Shown piece after piece: positions 12,380-24,941 of a stretch of 64,000 nt of DNA. A program made the position numbers and the translations under genes. The DNA is taken from assembly GCA_030390025.1 (NCBI GenBank), contig JASTWF010000345.1:372001-436000 (forward strand). Reading direction: 5' to 3'. Numbering within the stretch: position 1 is the stretch's first letter; each line of letters starts with the position of its first letter. The DNA comes from Squalus acanthias. Taxonomy: Eukaryota. Below the pieces are notes generated by a model. That model did no database searches. It had not been told where the DNA came from and saw nothing but the letters and a program-made list of their open reading frames with translations.

Positions 12380-14080
12380 TCACACTGTCGTCTCGCCGTG
12401 CTTACTGTTTGTGAGTCTCGTGTAGAACTTGCGCCATGAATGTAAAGTCTTACCAGACCAGATCCAAAAGCCGGAGGTGATGCCCACTATAAGTGTCATG
12501 AGGTATTTGATCATGTAGACGGTGAAGTCCGGCGTCATGTGTGGGTGCTGGCTTGGGGGGCAGGGGATGGCGTAACTTTTGCAAGCCTGGCTGATCCAAC
12601 TTTTCTCCCACTGGTCCCTGAAGGCTTGCTCGTAAAAGTAACAGGCGATGACGATGGTGGCGGGCACGGTGTAGAGGACGCTGAAGATGCCGATGCGGAC
12701 CATCAGCTTCTCCAGCTTCTCGGTCTTGGTGCCGTCGTGCTTCATGATGGTGCGGATGCGGAAGAGGGACACGAAGCCGGCCAGCAGGAAGGAGGTGCCG
12801 ATGAAGAGGTAGACGAAGAGCGGCGCCAGCACGAAGCCCCGCAGCGCGTCCACGTTGTTGAGCCCCACGAAGCAGACCCCGCTCAGGACGTCTCCGTCCA
12901 CCTGGCCCACGGCCAGGATGGTGATGGTCTTGATGGCCGGCACTGCCCAGGCGGCCAGGTGGAAGTACTGGGAGTTGGCCTCGATGGCCTCGTGGCCCCA
13001 CTTCATCCCGGCCGCCAGGAACCAAGTCAGGGACAGGATCACCCACCAGATCGAGCTGGCCATGCTGAAGAAGTAGAGCATCATGAACAGAATGGTGCAG
13101 CCTTCTTTCTTGGTTCCCTGGGCCACGGTCTTGTAGCCGTCTTCCGCAAACTTCTCGTTGCAGACCACTTTTTCTTCCAGCAGGAAGCCGGCGATGTAGG
13201 CAATGGCCACCATGGTGTAGCAGCCCGACAGGAAAATGATGGGGCGTTCGGGGTAGCTGAACCTCTGCATGTCCACCAGGTAGGTCAGCACCGTGAATAA
13301 AGTGGAGGCGCAGCACAGCACCGACCAGATCCCGATCCAAATCCTGGCAAACTTCAGCTCCTCTTGGCTGAAATACATCAGGCCGTTGGTGCGGGAGGGC
13401 TCGCAGGGAGCACCGCAATCCTTCTCCCCCAGAAAGTGGTAGTTCAGGTAAGTTGGCACTTTCAAAACCCGGGGGCAAATGAACTGGTCCCTGCTGGGGT
13501 ACACTCTGGGGTAAATGGTGCCGGCATCGGGCAAAGATTGGGTGGGATCTAAAGTAGGGCTGCCCTTATCCGTGTTGTTCTGTCCAACGCACAGGTCGTT
13601 AGATCCGTGGACGGGAAAGTTTTCGCACCGGAGACTCTCGGGCCACTGGAAGCCGAATTTGTTCATGAGCGCTTCGCACCCCTGCCTGGCCCGCTCGCAC
13701 AGCGATCGGCACGGGGGGATGGCCTGCTCCAGCACGGTGCACACCGGGGCGTACATGGAGCAGAGGAAAAACTTCAACTCGGGCGAACACTGCACTTTCA
13801 CCAGCGGGTAAAACTGATGAACTTCCAGGCCGGCGTCTTCCTGATTCGTGTGTCCCAACAAGTTCGGCATGATGGTTTGGTTGTAGGCAATGTCCGTGCA
13901 CAGAGGGATCGAGATGGGCTGGCAGAAGCCGTGGTCCGGGATCGAGATGCCCCTCTCGCCGTTGTACTGCCCCTGTGGCCGGACGGATCCCAAACCTTGG
14001 AGGAAGAGATGGAGCACAAACAGCCAGCGAGCGCTCGCAAGTTTGCACAGATCCAGATGGAAACAATTACACACAGCCAT
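12380..14080 (-). CDS. FZD1: Frizzled-1, class F GPCR Wnt receptor, intronless, 566 aa
   Basis: Signal peptide, cysteine-rich domain ([17 protein letters not shown]...), 7 TM segments, KTLHSW (KTxxxW) Dishevelled motif and C-terminal ETTV PDZ ligand. Residues favouring FZD1 over FZD2/7: [41 protein letters not shown]. Confidence 0.93.
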   Translation of the reverse strand: MAVCNCFHLDLCKLASARWLFVLHLFLQGLGSVRPQGQYNGERGISIPDHGFCQPISIPLCTDIAYNQTIMPNLLGHTNQEDAGLEVHQFYPLVKVQCSPELKFFLCSMYAPVCTVLEQAIPPCRSLCERARQGCEALMNKFGFQWPESLRCENFPVHGSNDLCVGQNNTDKGSPTLDPTQSLPDAGTIYPRVYPSRDQFICPRVLKVPTYLNYHFLGEKDCGAPCEPSRTNGLMYFSQEELKFARIWIGIWSVLCCASTLFTVLTYLVDMQRFSYPERPIIFLSGCYTMVAIAYIAGFLLEEKVVCNEKFAEDGYKTVAQGTKKEGCTILFMMLYFFSMASSIWWVILSLTWFLAAGMKWGHEAIEANSQYFHLAAWAVPAIKTITILAVGQVDGDVLSGVCFVGLNNVDALRGFVLAPLFVYLFIGTSFLLAGFVSLFRIRTIMKHDGTKTEKLEKLMVRIGIFSVLYTVPATIVIACYFYEQAFRDQWEKSWISQACKSYAIPCPPSQHPHMTPDFTVYMIKYLMTLIVGITSGFWIWSGKTLHSWRKFYTRLTNSKHGETTV

Positions 14081-14279
14081 ACTTTCCCTCGCTCTTTCCT
14101 TCTCTTCAAACTACTTCTTCCACTTCGGTGTAAGAATTTGTTCTACGGCATTAAATACAGCAGAAGTTTTTTGTTAAATATATATTTTGAACACTTACGT
14201 TTGGGGATATGAGTTTATACTGGAAGCAATTCAGATGCCAAAAAGAAAAACAGCCCCAACTCGAGCAGCAACCCAGCTC

Positions 14280-14900
14280 CGACTCCACTGTCCATTTGTG
14301 TCACTCCATCAGTTCCCTGCCGCCGGTTTCCAGGGGCCCCTTGCCGTCTGGCTGCGCAATGCGGGGCGCGCGTCGGCAAGAGGCGCCTTGAAACCGGCTC
14401 GGGGGCTCTCCTCTCTCTAAACTCCAGCCAATCGCAGCACGATTCCGACCCAGCCCGAGCCGAAGCCAGCGCTGCGATTGGTTGGCAGCTGTGCGGAAAT
14501 TTGAATAATTGGCAGCACTTGTTGGACTGGCCCGGAGGGGGAGAGTCCGCGCCGCGTCCCCGGGGAGCGGAGAGGAGAGCGGCGCCGAGCCCGGGGGCTT
14601 GCACCCCCTCAGAGCTTGGGCTCACTCCGGGCACTGGCATTGAGAATGCGCCGCTGTCACGGAGGTCAAAGCCTCCGGGGGGGGGGCGGGGGGTGCTGCA
14701 GTCAAAAGGGCAGGACCCTGGGCTTCCCAGGTCAGACCGCTGCATCCCAGGGACCTGAGGCTAACGGCGGGGCCCTGAACCGCGGGGTCACAGGCTGAGG
14801 GCGGAGCGCTGGAGCCCGGGGCTGGCGATGGGGCAGCTCAGGCTACTGACCGCAGCGGTGGGGGAAACAGAGTGGCGCCCGATAGAGTCGGGAGTTTGTA
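14280..14900 (-). promoter_or_regulatory. FZD1: FZD1 CpG-island promoter with two oppositely oriented CCAAT boxes and GC boxes
   Basis: High GC and CpG immediately 5' of the CDS. CCAATCGCAGC at 14428-14438 and GCTGCGATTGG at 14471-14481. GGGGCGGGG at ~14683-14691. Confidence 0.7.
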
Positions 14901-16364
14901 GAAGGGAATATGAATGAAGCATGCATGGGTATTAAACCTAGAGGGAGCTGCTCTGGAGTTTTCTAGGAAGGTGCGGGCGTGGAGGCTGAAAGCTTAAGGG
15001 ATATGGGGCTCAAGCAGGGAAGTTTAGGGAGATCCGGCTCTGAGCTTCCAGTGGAACGATTTCAGGAGTGGAAGGCGTAAACCTTGAGCCGGGGACACGG
15101 CTCAGGCACTGGAAGTGTCGGAGATGAGGGGTTGAAGGAGTCGCGGCTGTAAGATTCCCAGAAGATGTTTGCGCGAGGCGCAGACCTCGATGGTCTTGGG
15201 ATTGAAGAGGGAGGTGGGGACTGGGATGGCAACTTTCAGGGGGGTATTTGAAGAGTACGAAACTAGGGAGAAGGGACCGCCCCCAGCACGTACAACCGAA
15301 CGCCACTCTTGGAAGTTGTTTTTCTTTTATAAGCCCAGTGAGAGTAAAAAGGGAATTCAGCGTAACTTTTTGAATCTTCAGGTTTTATTTACAGCCACGG
15401 AGATTGCTGGTATTACAGCTTCAACTATGGCTAGACATGAGTTATATTGCAATCTAAGTTTTGTTTATGAGCCCAAGTCACGGCACAGTTTTTAATGTTT
15501 AGTTAATGTGTGAATTGAAGTAAGGCATATTGCATGAAATAGCAGCAATAAACGCTTTAAAATTCAGTATGAATTTCGAAAATAAGTACATGGACCTTTT
15601 TGTTATAACCCGAACAGAGAGCTTGAGGGGCGGCTGTAAGCCGTTGCTTTGTGTTTTAACACTTGTCATTACTACGTCTCCAAGATGATGCAACACATTC
15701 GGAACTCAAAAGTTCCCGAAATCATTTAAGGCAAACTGATTATTTTTAAATGCTGCAAGTCGCAGCAAGTTGTTGACAGTTATGTACATTCCAGCTGCCC
15801 ATAATTTTTATCTCATTTGTCAACAATCATTCATTGGTTGATTACAGATTTTGTAGGGTGTTTTTAGCAACGTGCTGTAGAGTTTTATTCATTGTGATAT
15901 AGTACTATTGAAATAATGGGTTATTTGCCTCTTGTCTATATCAATTGGGCCTGTTATCAACTCTTGTTTTGATAGCACTTCACAAGCGAGACTTTGATTA
16001 AAAGTGACGTTAATTTGACGCTGCGGTGACGAGCCCAGAACACGCTGACAATCATTCGGGCATCATTGTGCATTAGTAGATAAAAAGGTTGATAAGTTAA
16101 AGTCACAGTAGAAGCGAACCACATTGAGCGATGGCAATTAACACATCCATTATTCAACATTTGGGTGTATTTGCCGGCCATTGTAATCCCAGCAATAGGT
16201 ATATGCTCATGTGCTTTTATTGAATCAGGATTAGTAGGGTGGTCTTCATTCTTCAAATTCTCTTGGAAGAGAGAGTCTGACTGTCTTTCCACTGGTTCCT
16301 AGGAACATCTATTCAGCATGCAAAAAAAATGCATAGCCTGCAAAAAAAGGCCTCATCTGTATTG

Positions 16365-16712
16365 GAAACGCAAAATACTGCGGATACTAGAAATCTGAAA
16401 TAAAAACAAAATGCTGTGGAGAGAGAAACAGAAAGGTCGTCGACCTCAACCTGAAAAGTTAACTTTGTTTCTTTCTCCACTGATAGGGTGGGATATGTAT
16501 CGGTGCAGGCTCGATGGGCCGAGATGGCCTCTATCTGTACTGTACTGTGGGGATTCTGTGTGAGAAAGCAGGGACAGGGTACTGGATTTGGATGATCAGC
16601 CATGATCGTATTGAATGGTGGAGCAGGCTCGACGGGCCGAATGGCCTGCTCCTAGTTTCTATGTTGCTGGCTGGCCTCCTGAGTATTTGCAGCATTTTCT
16701 GCTTTTATCTCA
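16365..16712. repeat. Penelope-associated palindromic remnant containing a nested V-SINE tail and a CR1 tail
   Basis: AAATACTGCGGAT...GAAATCTGAAATAAAAAC arm and GAGTATTTGCAGCATTTTCTG arm. ~16485-16561 matches the tail of the SINE at 43583; ~16562-16664 is a CR1 3' tail. Confidence 0.55.
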
Positions 16713-16769
16713 TCTGTATTGGTGCTGATAAGTGACCTCTCTATATAAATGTGGGCTTTGTGACTGTCA

Positions 16770-17232
16770 TAACTTTACAAGGATGATACCAGAAACACGA
16801 GGTTATACCCATCAGGAAAGGATTAACAGGCCGGGTGAGATGGCTGAGGGTGACCTAATAGAGGTCTTTAAAATTATGAAAGGCTTTGATAGAGTAGATA
16901 CAGAGAGAGAATGTTTCCACTTGTGGGGAAGAGCAAAACTAGAGGCCATCAATATAAGATAGTCACCAAGAAATCAAATAGGGAATTCAGAAGAAACTTC
17001 TTTACCCAGAGAGTAGTGAGAATGTGGAACTCGCTACCACAGGGAGTGGTTGAGGTGAATAGTATAGATGCATTTAAGGGGAGGCTAGATAAGCATCTGA
17101 GGGAGAAAGGAATAGAGGGCTATGCTGATCGTGTTAGATGAGGAAGGGTGCGAGGAGGCTCAAGTAGAGCATAAACGCCGGCATAGACTGGCTGGGCCGA
17201 ATAGCCTGTTTCTGTGCTGTATATCCTATGTA
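16770..17232 (+). mobile_element. CR1 LINE 3' fragment
   Basis: GDLIEVFKIMKGFDRVD...KTRGHQYKIV...FFTQRVVRMWNSLP. Very similar to the 3' end of the 39095-41748 copy. Confidence 0.9.
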
Positions 17233-17919
17233 ATTCGATGTAACTAGTGGATGCCTCATCAACTCTTGATGATTCAGCATATGGGGCTTGAAGGCTAATG
17301 TTAAGGTGGTTGATATACCAAAATGGCTGGGGTTCATTTGCCCTGCATCCATTCGCCTTGTAGGTGAATATCTTAATTACCTGGGAAGCAACTGATATTA
17401 CTGTCAGCAGTGGCCAAAGATGATGTAGAGGAATCCCTTGAAGAATGTTGCTGTCCTGTAACTACCAGATAAGGCAAGCCGAGACCAGAATAACCTTCAC
17501 TGGCTGAATCAAGGGAGCTGAGTAAGAGGGCCATTGGCTGATTAAATTTAGCCTAAGGACCCTCAAAGTATGTGAGTATTGGCACTATGAAATGGTCAGT
17601 ACCATCAGTATGCAACAACAACAGCAACTTGTATTTATATAGCACCTTTAACATAGTAAAACGTCCCAAGGCGCTTCACAGGAGTGTTATAAGACAAAAA
17701 AAAACTTGGCTGGGTTGGCTGACTGTTTCTCAGAGAATGACCAATACTTTGAGGACACTGAACTGATCTACTTGTAGGAAGATCCTCTGCAGGGAGGTTT
17801 GGAAATGTTGGATCCCAGTTGAGATTTCTTAAGGTTGGTCAAGAAGCGCTGGCCCTTTATACTAAGGTTCTGCTGAATAGCTTTGCCAGCTGCCTCTAGA
17901 ACCAGCCACTAATCTGCAT

Positions 17920-18868
17920 GTTGCCCCTCGGCAACATTATCCGTAAACACGTCACGTTCCACATGTATGCTGATGACACCCAGCTCTAACTCACCACCGC
18001 CTCTCTCATCCCTCCACTCCCTCTGATTTTTCATGTTGCTTCTCCGCCATCCAGTATTGGATAAGCAGAAATTTCCACCAATTAAATATTGGGAAGACCG
18101 AAGCCATTGTCTTTGGTCCCTGCCCCAAACTAATGTTCCCTGGCCACCGACTCCATCCCCTTCCTGGGCACTGTCTGAGGCTGAACTAGACTGTTCGTAA
18201 CCTTGGCGTCCTATTTGACCCTGAACTCAGTTTTCCGACCCCATATCCTCTCCATCACCAAGACCGCCTACTTCCACCTCTAACATCACTCATCTCCGCC
18301 CTTGCCTCAGCTGATCTGCTGTTGAAATCCTCAGCTATGCTCTCATGGTTGGCCTCCCACCTTCCAACCTCCATAAACTTGAACTCATCCAAAACTCTGC
18401 TGCCCATATCCTAACTTGCACTAAGTCCCGTTCACACATCACCCCATGCTCACTGACCTAGGTTGACTCCCGGTCTGACAACGTCTCGATTTTAAAATTC
18501 TCATCCATGTTTTCAAATTCCTCCATTGCCTCGCCCCTCCCTATCTCTAACTTCCTACAGCCCTCCAAGATCTCTGCGCTCCTCCAATTCTGGCCTTTTT
18601 CGCATCTCCAATTTTCTTCTCTTCACCATTAGCGGCCGTACGTTCAGCTGCCTGAACCCTTAGCTCTGGAATTCCCTCCCTAATCCTCTCTGCCTCTCCT
18701 CATTTAAGATGCTCCTTAAAACTTACCTCTTTGACAAAGCTTTTGGTTACCTGTCCTAATATCTCCTTATCTGGCTCGGTGTTAAGTTTTGTTTGATAAT
18801 TGCTCCTGCGAAGTGCCTTGGGACATTTTACTATGTTAAAGGTGCTATATAAATGCAAGTTGTTGGTG
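17920..18868 (+). mobile_element. L2 LINE 3' fragment
   Basis: FHMYADDTQL motif (~17957-17990), LNIGKTEAIVFG and tail AAAGGTGCTATATAAATGCAAGTTGTTG. Confidence 0.85.
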
Positions 18869-20944
18869 TTATCCAGGTGAGATACATGTGGAAATGCTGC
18901 AACCTGAAATGCACTACTGCTGCAAATTGATGCCTGGTTTAAAAACTCTTGAGTGTCACACAGAGGTGGACGGCAGTACTTTGCACTGGTAACTTTGCGC
19001 TCCGAAACCGATTCTGAAGGTTTTTTGTTGATATTCCTGAATTGTGATGTGGAATTTTGCTACCAGCCAATTCCCTGGGCACAATACTTGACCAAACTGA
19101 TAGACGGTGACCATCTTGAATTTCACCTGGTTTATAAATTAAGTTTCTGGTAGGAGAGGAAGATTGCAAGTCGTTGTGGGGTAACATCTCAGCCAACCAG
19201 GAACATCTCGATATTCAACACTAGGCCTGCTGTTGTTGAAATGGAAGCTGTTAATGTGTGTCCACCTGATAGGGAGCAACACTGGCATGGGCTCTACCCT
19301 TAAAGGCCATGCCTGCCCTGATGTGAAGGAAAGAACATACATTCATATAGTGCCAAAGAAACATTTGTGAATTTTCAGACAAAATAGTAAATCATAGTTC
19401 TCTTATTCAGAGCCTTCAGAATGTTATCAGCTACTATCTTTGTAGTTTTCAATGCAACATATTTTTAACTTTACAAATAAATCTAAAATCTAGTCATCAA
19501 ATTAAAATAGATAACAATCAGTAAAGATTCCAAGTAGAACAAATGTAACATTTATGTTTTAATAATATATTTCTCCTATCAAAAGGCATGTAAAAATATG
19601 ATGTACTGAGGACATATACTTGTCTGTCTATAATCCATATTTTTACGCAGAGGTTGAAGTCTAGTTCTTCTTTCATGAAGGTGGCATTCTGAATGGGAGC
19701 TCAGAATGCACTTTACATTTCTCTTCCACCTCTCCCCCTGCAAAATGGTACAATCTCATCACTTATGATGAAGAGTCTAAACGCAAAACATTTATCTATT
19801 TACAGATGTCGATTAGCCTGTTATTTTATTTCCAGCATTTTCTGTTTTTATGCGACTTCATAAATAGTAAAATAAAGTTCAAGTCTCCACATACAAAAGA
19901 AAAAGTGCCACCATTCATTGAAAGGTGAAGCACTCTAGCACTGGCATTTTATTCAGGTGATTTTCCTCCCACTCTGGTATGTACAGCCTCATTCTGCACC
20001 ATATCCTTAATTCTTTGATGGAAAAAGGCAGCATAACAATGAAAGCCATGTAACACAATAGATTAACACAGCTTCAAGTAACAGAAGATCAAGAGGAGAA
20101 CTGAGGAAGCAGCTGGCGAGGTGATTGTAATGTGGAATCTGGACTTTTTGATGAATGAGGAAGAGCATACCTACGGCAGGTGATCTAATACTCTTATTTG
20201 CTTAACCTCCACAAATAAATAGGAATAAATCAAAGTGCAGAAACTGGTGGTTTGGTTCTACTAGGAGCCGAAGTGCTTATGCCAGTAGGGTCTGCGCATG
20301 CAGAGGCAGGAAAATCATGAGTTCCTCAAGTCAATGGCTTCCTAACTGCTGAGTGCAGTGCTTGAAATTGCTGCAGGGTGCCTCAGTAGGGAGTGCAATT
20401 TACCACACAGACTGTTAATAATGGTGATTTTACATTCAAATCAGGTGGCCTGCAATAGTTTTGAAATAATATACTGGTCCCATAAATGTGCTTCTTTCAC
20501 CCATTTGAAATGGATGTTGGTGATCATTCTGCTTGCCATGTCCAGAATGAAGACAATTGCTGCACTGTAAAGTGTTGGAGCTGTATGGCTCAGACAAGAA
20601 GGTGTAAGAGCTTTTTCATTTATTTGCCATCCATAAACAAGCTTCACTTTTACGTCTGTATGTCAACAGAGCCAGTTATTTCAATTTCAATCTTATCATT
20701 TCACCTCAAACCATTAATTTGTATATAAATTAACAATCCCTGTTAACTGCAACCAAAGCTGCAACATTCTAAAACTATTTAAAGTTTCATGGCAAACTTT
20801 ATTGAATGTTTACATTTTTACGACTATAGGATACATTTGCCAGTCCTGGTGCAGAAGAGCCGAAACTGAAATATCTCAAGTGTAGCACTCACCAAAATGG
20901 TCACAGTTGTACCTCTTGTTAGTTTACAAGGCATGACTATTTAA

Positions 20945-21365
20945 ATTGCACCTCAACAGAGCTGGGACCAATGTCCCTGTGGGAAGGTAAAGTAGTACGG
21001 TGGGGGATGGGAATCAGGATGAAACAGCGAGAAGAAACAAAGTGCACAGAGGTCTGGGAGAGACAAATAGCACTAGAGTAAAGAATAGTTCAGAAATGGG
21101 AGGGATCAGACTGGGGGCAAGTTCGAAGCAGTCTATGTTGGGTTTGGAGTGCATGTACGTAAGTGCACAGAGCGTGGTAAAAAAGGTTGGTGAGCTGCAG
21201 GCACAAGTCGCCACATCGGGCTATGATATAGTGGCAATAACAAAGTCCTGGCTCAAAGAAGGGTAGGATTGGGAACTTAATATTCCTGGCTACAAGGTAT
21301 TCAGGAAAGATAGAGAAGAAAAAAAGGAGGGGGATGGCAGTATTAATCAAATAAACTATTATAGC
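20945..21365 (+). mobile_element. CR1 fragment: ORF1 (esterase-like) end and ORF2 AP-endonuclease start
   Basis: LHLNRAGTNV followed by YDIVAITKSWLKEG*DWELNIPGYKVFRKDR. Confidence 0.75.
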
Positions 21366-21369
21366 ACAT

Positions 21370-22425
21370 GGCTAATCTTCTACCTCAACTCCGCTTTCCT
21401 GCACTATCCCCATATCCCTTGATTCCCTTAATATCCAAAAATCTATCAAACTCTGTCTTGAATATACTCAACGACTGAGCTTCCACAGCCCTGTGGGGTA
21501 GAGAATTCAAAAGAGTCACCACTCTCTGAGTGAAGAAATTTCTCCTCATCTCAGTCCTAAATGGCCGATCCCTTATTCTGAGACTCTGACCCCTGGTTCT
21601 AGACTCCCCAGCCAGGGGAAACATCCTCCCTGCATCTACCCTGTCAAGCCCTGTAAGAATTTTGTATGTTTCAATGAGATCACCTCTCATTCTTCTAAAC
21701 TCTAGAGAATATAGGCCTAGTCTACTCAATCTGTCTTCATAGGACAATCCCCCCATCCCAGGAACCAGTCTGGCGAACCTTCGTTGCACTCCCTCTATGG
21801 CAAGTAAAGCCTTCCTTAGGTAAGGAGACCAAAACTGTACACAGTACTTCAGGTGTGGTCTCACCAGAGCCCTATATAATTGCAGTAAGACATCTTTACT
21901 CTTATACTCAAATCCTCTTGTAATAAAGGCCAACATACCATTTGCTTTCTTAATTGCTTGCTGTACCTGCATGTTAACTTTCAGTGATTCATGTACAAGG
22001 ATACCCAGTCCCTCTGAAGATCAACATTTCCCAATCTCTCACCATTTAAAAAATACTCTGCTTTTTTATTTTTCCTACCAAAGTGGATAACTTCACATTT
22101 CTCCACATTATATTCCATTTGCATGTTCTTGCCCACTCAGCTTGTCTATAATCCCCTTGAAGCCTCTTTGCATCCTCCTCACAACTTGCATTCCCACCCA
22201 GCTTTGTATCATCAGCAAACTTGGATATATTACATTTGGTCCCTCATCCAAATCATTGATATAGATTGTGAATAGCAGAGGCCCAAGCACTGATCCTTGA
22301 GGTACCCCACTAATTACAGCCTACCCACCTGAAAATGACCCGTTTATTTCTACTCTCTGTTTTCTGTCCGTTAACCAATCCCATGAGCCCTAATTTTGTG
22401 TAATAACCTCTTGTGTGGCACCTTA
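21370..22425 (-). mobile_element. CR1 LINE RT/C-terminal fragment (frameshifted)
   Basis: PQGSVLGPLLFTIYINDLD, then ORF 21385-21972 QVQQAIKKANGMLAFI...GYGDSAGK. Confidence 0.9.
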
Positions 22426-22732
22426 TCTCAGCAAAATGTTTTAGTAATGTTGAACAGCACATCAAGTACCAAAGACACACTTTTATGGTAATGCCAAATA
22501 GCTCATCAACAACAGACACTTCACATATTGCCAGACCACAGTAAACGCCCACATTTATGATTGAACCTTAGCAAGTGAAACCTGCCAGTACTGCTAAGGG
22601 ATTACAAGCGGGTTCGCCAATGTGTTTTTCTTTGTTCTGGTAATTGGAACCATATTGGTAAAAACATACAAATCTTTTAAGACAGACATGACAAATATAG
22701 GGTAAGCAAGGAATTTTAGCAGAGGAGACTTG

Positions 22733-24203
22733 GGGCTAGAAATTCATTATAGCCCAGGAATGGGCGGTAAAATTAGAAAAGCTGGAGAATGGCGCTAATT
22801 CTTTAGACTACACGCAAAATTGATTCTCACTACTCAAAGAAATGATTGGGACGCTAAATCAAGTCTTAAAGGCCTAGCTCAGTGGTGTTACACTCAAAGG
22901 GTGGACCAATATCGGGTGCAGTCTAATCTCAACTCACATTGCCACAGGCTTTTCCCAGTACTTAAAAAAGAGAGGTTAATTGATACTGCAGCACCTCATT
23001 CTCAGCATTGCTGGCTGTGCAGCTGCCTGAGCAAGGAGCGCACAACAAGGAGAAGGAGCCGGAGGACTGAAGCAGGTGTGCTCATGGCAGATCCACCTCA
23101 GTCGGGTGGTCAGGGTGAGTCAATGCTTCAACAAATGCTACATATCACCATCTGTACCACAAGCTTCTCTCACTGCCCAAAGCACCACACCCCCAAGCGC
23201 TCACCCACCAACAATCTCCATCTACCAACACTCACACCCACATCTCACACCTTGCGTATAATGACAGCTATTCAACTATGGCAGGCACAAAGGTCATTAG
23301 TATGATGCTATATGTGATATGTTTATGCACAAATTTATTAATGGAGTTTACAATATGTTGTGGTCTCTCATTTCACCTTTGCACCCAGGAGGACACTGAT
23401 ATGGCATGACACAGGGATGGTGTGATGGGCATGTGGTCAAAAGGGATCTGGGGTTTAAGTCATCCTGTGAGGCTGGAGGTCTGTTTGGAGGAGGTGGCAG
23501 AGTTCTATGACCATCACCTTAGTGACGCGGAGCAGTCTAATACACTGCTCCTCGCTTAATTGGAGGTAGGAGAAGTGCTCTCGGAATACCCTCGGAGGGT
23601 AAGGCCTCCTCCTCCCTCTGGCCACATGTTCCAGTCTTTCTCGCTGCCTCCGCCGTAGATCCTGGAGGGCGAGGTAGACTGCCAATACAGCCCCCATTAA
23701 TGTAAGCCAAGTGTGTAGCACTTTGATATTTAAGAATAAATGTAACTACTTTTTAGTTACCACAGCTCTCCTGATACAAAAGAACCTTTAAATTACTGAA
23801 TTAAACTGTTGCACAATGTCAAACTGACAAGAAAGCACTAAAACTCCACTAACCTGACAGCTGCGACTCATTACTCATGATCCCTTTAAATAACGTCCCT
23901 GGATCCGGCTTCTGCCTGCTTGTGCCTCCTCTCCCTGTCTGGTCGAGGAGCGAAGGTAGGTGGCGAAAATCAATTTTGCAGATTGGGCGCCCAGTCGTCA
24001 CGATCTGTCTGGCGTTGAAGTCCCCGGTGGTACCTCGCACCGGCGGCGCAATGGGGGGGACCGGATTTGCCATGCGTCGCTGGATTCGCCTCGCCCCGGC
24101 ACTACTGCATCAGCTCTCTATTAGCACCAGCTAACCAACTGAATTTTTCCCCAAAAAGTTCTGACCTAGACACCAGTTGCTGATAGTCTTTAATTTCTGG
24201 GCC
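22733..24203. mobile_element. Non-autonomous PIF/Harbinger element with transposase N-terminal remnant
   Basis: TIRs GGGCTAGAAATT / AATTTCTGGGCC (10/12). Minus ORF 23455-23721 RRRPYPPRVFREHFSYLQLSEEQCIRLLRVTKVMVIELCHLLQTDLQP resembles HARBI1-family N-termini. No clear TSD. Confidence 0.7.
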
Positions 24204-24214
24204 AATATATTTGT

Positions 24215-24941
24215 TCCTGAGTGTTCACGCGGGGGTAAGGCTTCCCCGCGATATCTCACTCCGCGCCTACCTTTTTCCTCCGGGCCCACACGAACTTTAG
24301 TTTCAAGGCTGCAGCTGTGCAGTGCTTGCGTGACCCAGAGACGCATTTAGTTCGTGCGAGCTCTGGGATCACGTGATTCAGTTAGAGCCAATGGCAGCAC
24401 ACCATCTTTCATTCATAGTTTTGACAGGAAGACCTGTCAAAGCTATGAATAATATACCCCCCCAAAAGAACAGCTAAACCTCAATTAAATTAAAAAAAAG
24501 CCATCACATTAATAAAATAAGTATAGTTAAATAAATTAACCACTTTAAACAAAAAATTTAATTTTTGAAAAAATTTAAAATCTTTTTAAAAGTTATAAAA
24601 ATAAACTTACCTTTCTTTAAAGTCTCTAAAAAAGATAAACCTGTTGAAAAAAATTTAAATAATACTTAATTAACTACTTACCTTGTTAAAAGAGGGTCTT
24701 ACGCCTCCTTTCTTTGTGTGTAAAATCTTCCATGCTTACCTGCGCGTTCAAAGCACTAAGTGCACTGCGTGCGCGCAGCCTGTAGCGCGCACGCGGTTCA
24801 CCTAGGAACCGCCCCCTTTTGAATTCACGAAGTGCCGGTTTCCCGTGCATGCGCAGTGCATGCTGGAAACCGGCAATTGGAGACCTAAAACGCGTGAGTA
24901 CACAGTGCGTACTCTTGCGTATTAGGTCTAATTTTCGGGCC
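24215..24941. mobile_element. Harbinger-type MITE, second family
   Basis: Ends AATTTTCGGGCC. Reverse-complement similarity to 49185-49915, including the 18-bp hairpin and the GCCGGTTT...AAACCGGC palindrome. Confidence 0.65.

Noticed and set aside
12450..14212. Long alternative-frame and antisense ORFs overlapping FZD1 (342, 253, 201 and 155 aa)
   Set aside because: Expected by-product of GC-rich third codon positions in a CpG-island gene. The 342-aa ORF starts at TTG, and none has a recognisable domain.
19760..19850. Hammerhead ribozyme in a Penelope-like remnant (TGATGAAGAGTC...CAAAAC)
   Set aside because: The catalytic core and stems are degenerate; no intact CTGANGA...GAAA fold can be drawn.
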